In this document: positions 62,084-64,000 of the stretch, in pieces | How positions within the stretch are numbered: the first letter of the stretch is position 1 | Layout: every line of letters begins with the position of its first letter | DNA from: the human T2T-CHM13v2.0 reference genome, Homo sapiens | Direction: 5' to 3' (one strand) | Length of the DNA: 64,000 nucleotides | Assembly: GCF_009914755.1 (NCBI RefSeq) | Contig: NC_060948.1 | Position numbers and translations under genes: made by a program | The notes under the pieces: generated by a model | Databases searched by the model: none | Seen by the model: only the letters and a program-made list of their open reading frames with translations | What the model was told of the DNA's origin: nothing

Positions 62084-64000
62084 TTGCTGTGAATTTTTAA
62101 ATGGGGAGAGATGGAGTAGGAGAAGGAGATACTGGAGAGTTGTTAATACCTAGTACTGGTTCTACTACATTGGCCAGTCACCATGTGAAAAGCTTGTGTC
62201 CAGGTGAGTATCACATCGTAGCCACAGGTGCCAAATGCCTATTCTGGGTTTGGGTTAGAGTAAGGACCTTATCTTTGTGCAAGAGATAAGAGATTTGGGG
62301 AAGTTTTGGTTGAGCTTATTTGTTGGCTGGTTGTTTCTTTCGATAGCTAGAAAGGTAGCATTCCCTGTCACACCCCAGCCAGCATGTCTAGAGCCACAGG
62401 TTGAAGGGCACAGTGACTTCAGAGTGGAGAGTGGTGGGCTCCTTGGATTTCAGTGTATCAGGGACACACCACGGAGCCTTTTTATGCAGATTACTAGTCC
62501 ACCAGGTAGCACAGGTTAGTGGAGAGACAGAACATCCAAACGGCCCTCCACCCTTGAAATTAAAACTAGAAAAGGGATATTTTATGGGTCTTGAGAAAAC
62601 AGCCTTATAGATTTCAGACATAATTTTTCCCTTTAACAACTTGGTATTAGTTGAGGACCACAGAAATGGGAGTCATTAGATTTAAGGATGGGAGATGAGG
62701 TTTTTGTTTTGTTGTTGTTGTTGTTTTGTGATTGCCACTACAGTGGATGGGAGAAAAGGAAAGATTTTGGGTGAGCCCGTGATGAGCCTGCACATGAGTA
62801 ATGGGAACTGAGGCAGTACCTGTTCCCATTGCAAGTTGGGGTAGAGGACACAAGTATCACCTGGGAGATGGCAAAGGAGACAAAGGGTTTAGTGTATGCA
62901 TCCCCTGCTGTGGTAGAGGGGAAGAAGATGTGGGACAGGGTGACTGAGTATTTGGTGGTAGGGTAAGGAGATGGTAGCTGCAGATCTTCATGAAATACAT
63001 GGATGCTTGAGAGAGTTGTGGAAGGACAGTACATTAATGCTTTGGGTTCAGCTTGCGTTGGAACTTTCAAGTAGATGATAGAAGGAAGTAGATGCTGACT
63101 GAAATAGAGGACTGAAACACTGCTCAGATGAGTTACAATAGAGGCTGAATAGTTGGCACAGAATCCTCATTGACTTTGGGCAGCTTGTATTCAATGATGG
63201 ATGTGCATGGGGAGAGAGAGATTTCATAATGCAGAGGGTTTATGAACAGGATCTAGGTGGTGCAGGTTCTGTTTCCTGAAAAGTAGAAAACACTGGTTAA
63301 AGAAATCAGAAAGAGGAAGTCAGAGAGTAACCAACCGGAGATGTGTTTGTGGATTGTCATTCTTGAAAATTGAGAAGACTGAACCTCATAAAGGTGGCAG
63401 TTATACCCAAAGTAGAAGATAGATGGTGGTAAATAGAGGTAACTTTGTTAAGAGGGAGTTTCTTTTAAGATAAGAGGCGATGTTTCCCCCTTTTTTTTTT
63501 TTTACACAATTGGAGTCTGGTGCAAAAGGAGGTAGTGGTCAAGACCATGAATGTGGAGACTAGTGCTTTTGTGGTGGGCAAGGAAAAAGACTGGCGGACA
63601 GGATAGGCAGTTGAAGTTTCAGAAAAGATGGAACCTGGGCAATTGCATTTGTTTGTTTCTAAGGGAGGCCAGGTAGGGAAGGATTTCAGACTGGTTTGTG
63701 TGGGTGTTATTCAAAGGGCAGTGGAAACTTGAAGCGAACAGTTCTTTAATCTGCAGTTCGAGAGGGACAGGGTAGAATGCTTTCAGTGGAGCCTCACATT
63801 TGACATTCACTTTGGAGAATGACCAGGGGCCTCACCTTGCAGTCCAGGTTGTATGGAAAGGGTGTTGATGGGGTAGGCATGTTGTAATAGGTGGTGATGT
63901 GATTACAAATCATTGCTCGTCAAGATTGCTGAGCAGACAGGCAGCAGAGTTGAGGTTTTCTTTTGGTAGGGTGCTGTACGACAGCTACAAATAGTCTTTT

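Overview
Repeat-rich primate (most likely human) Y-chromosome DNA with three parts. (1) 0.5-24.6 kb is almost all retroelements: four stacked + strand L1s, Alus, and a minus-strand ERV1 (MER61/MER4-group) provirus remnant with its 5' LTR and tRNA-Arg primer-binding site. (2) 26.5-42.1 kb is an unprocessed, multiply disabled TBL1Y-like WD40 pseudogene (TBL1YP1-like, + strand, 9 recognisable exons). It is followed on the minus strand by remnants of exons 1, 4 and 5 of an unprocessed GPR143 (OA1) pseudogene at 44.3-52.6 kb. The pair keeps the tail-to-tail TBL1X/GPR143 order of Xp22, but both 3' ends are missing. (3) From 55.4 kb lie exons 1-4 (codons 1-120) of the intact ribosomal protein gene RPS4Y2, head-to-head with the GPR143 remnant across LTR8/LTR10 fragments. 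Gene and repeat identities come from manual translation and remembered reference sequences. No database search was run, and repeat boundaries and subfamilies are approximate.
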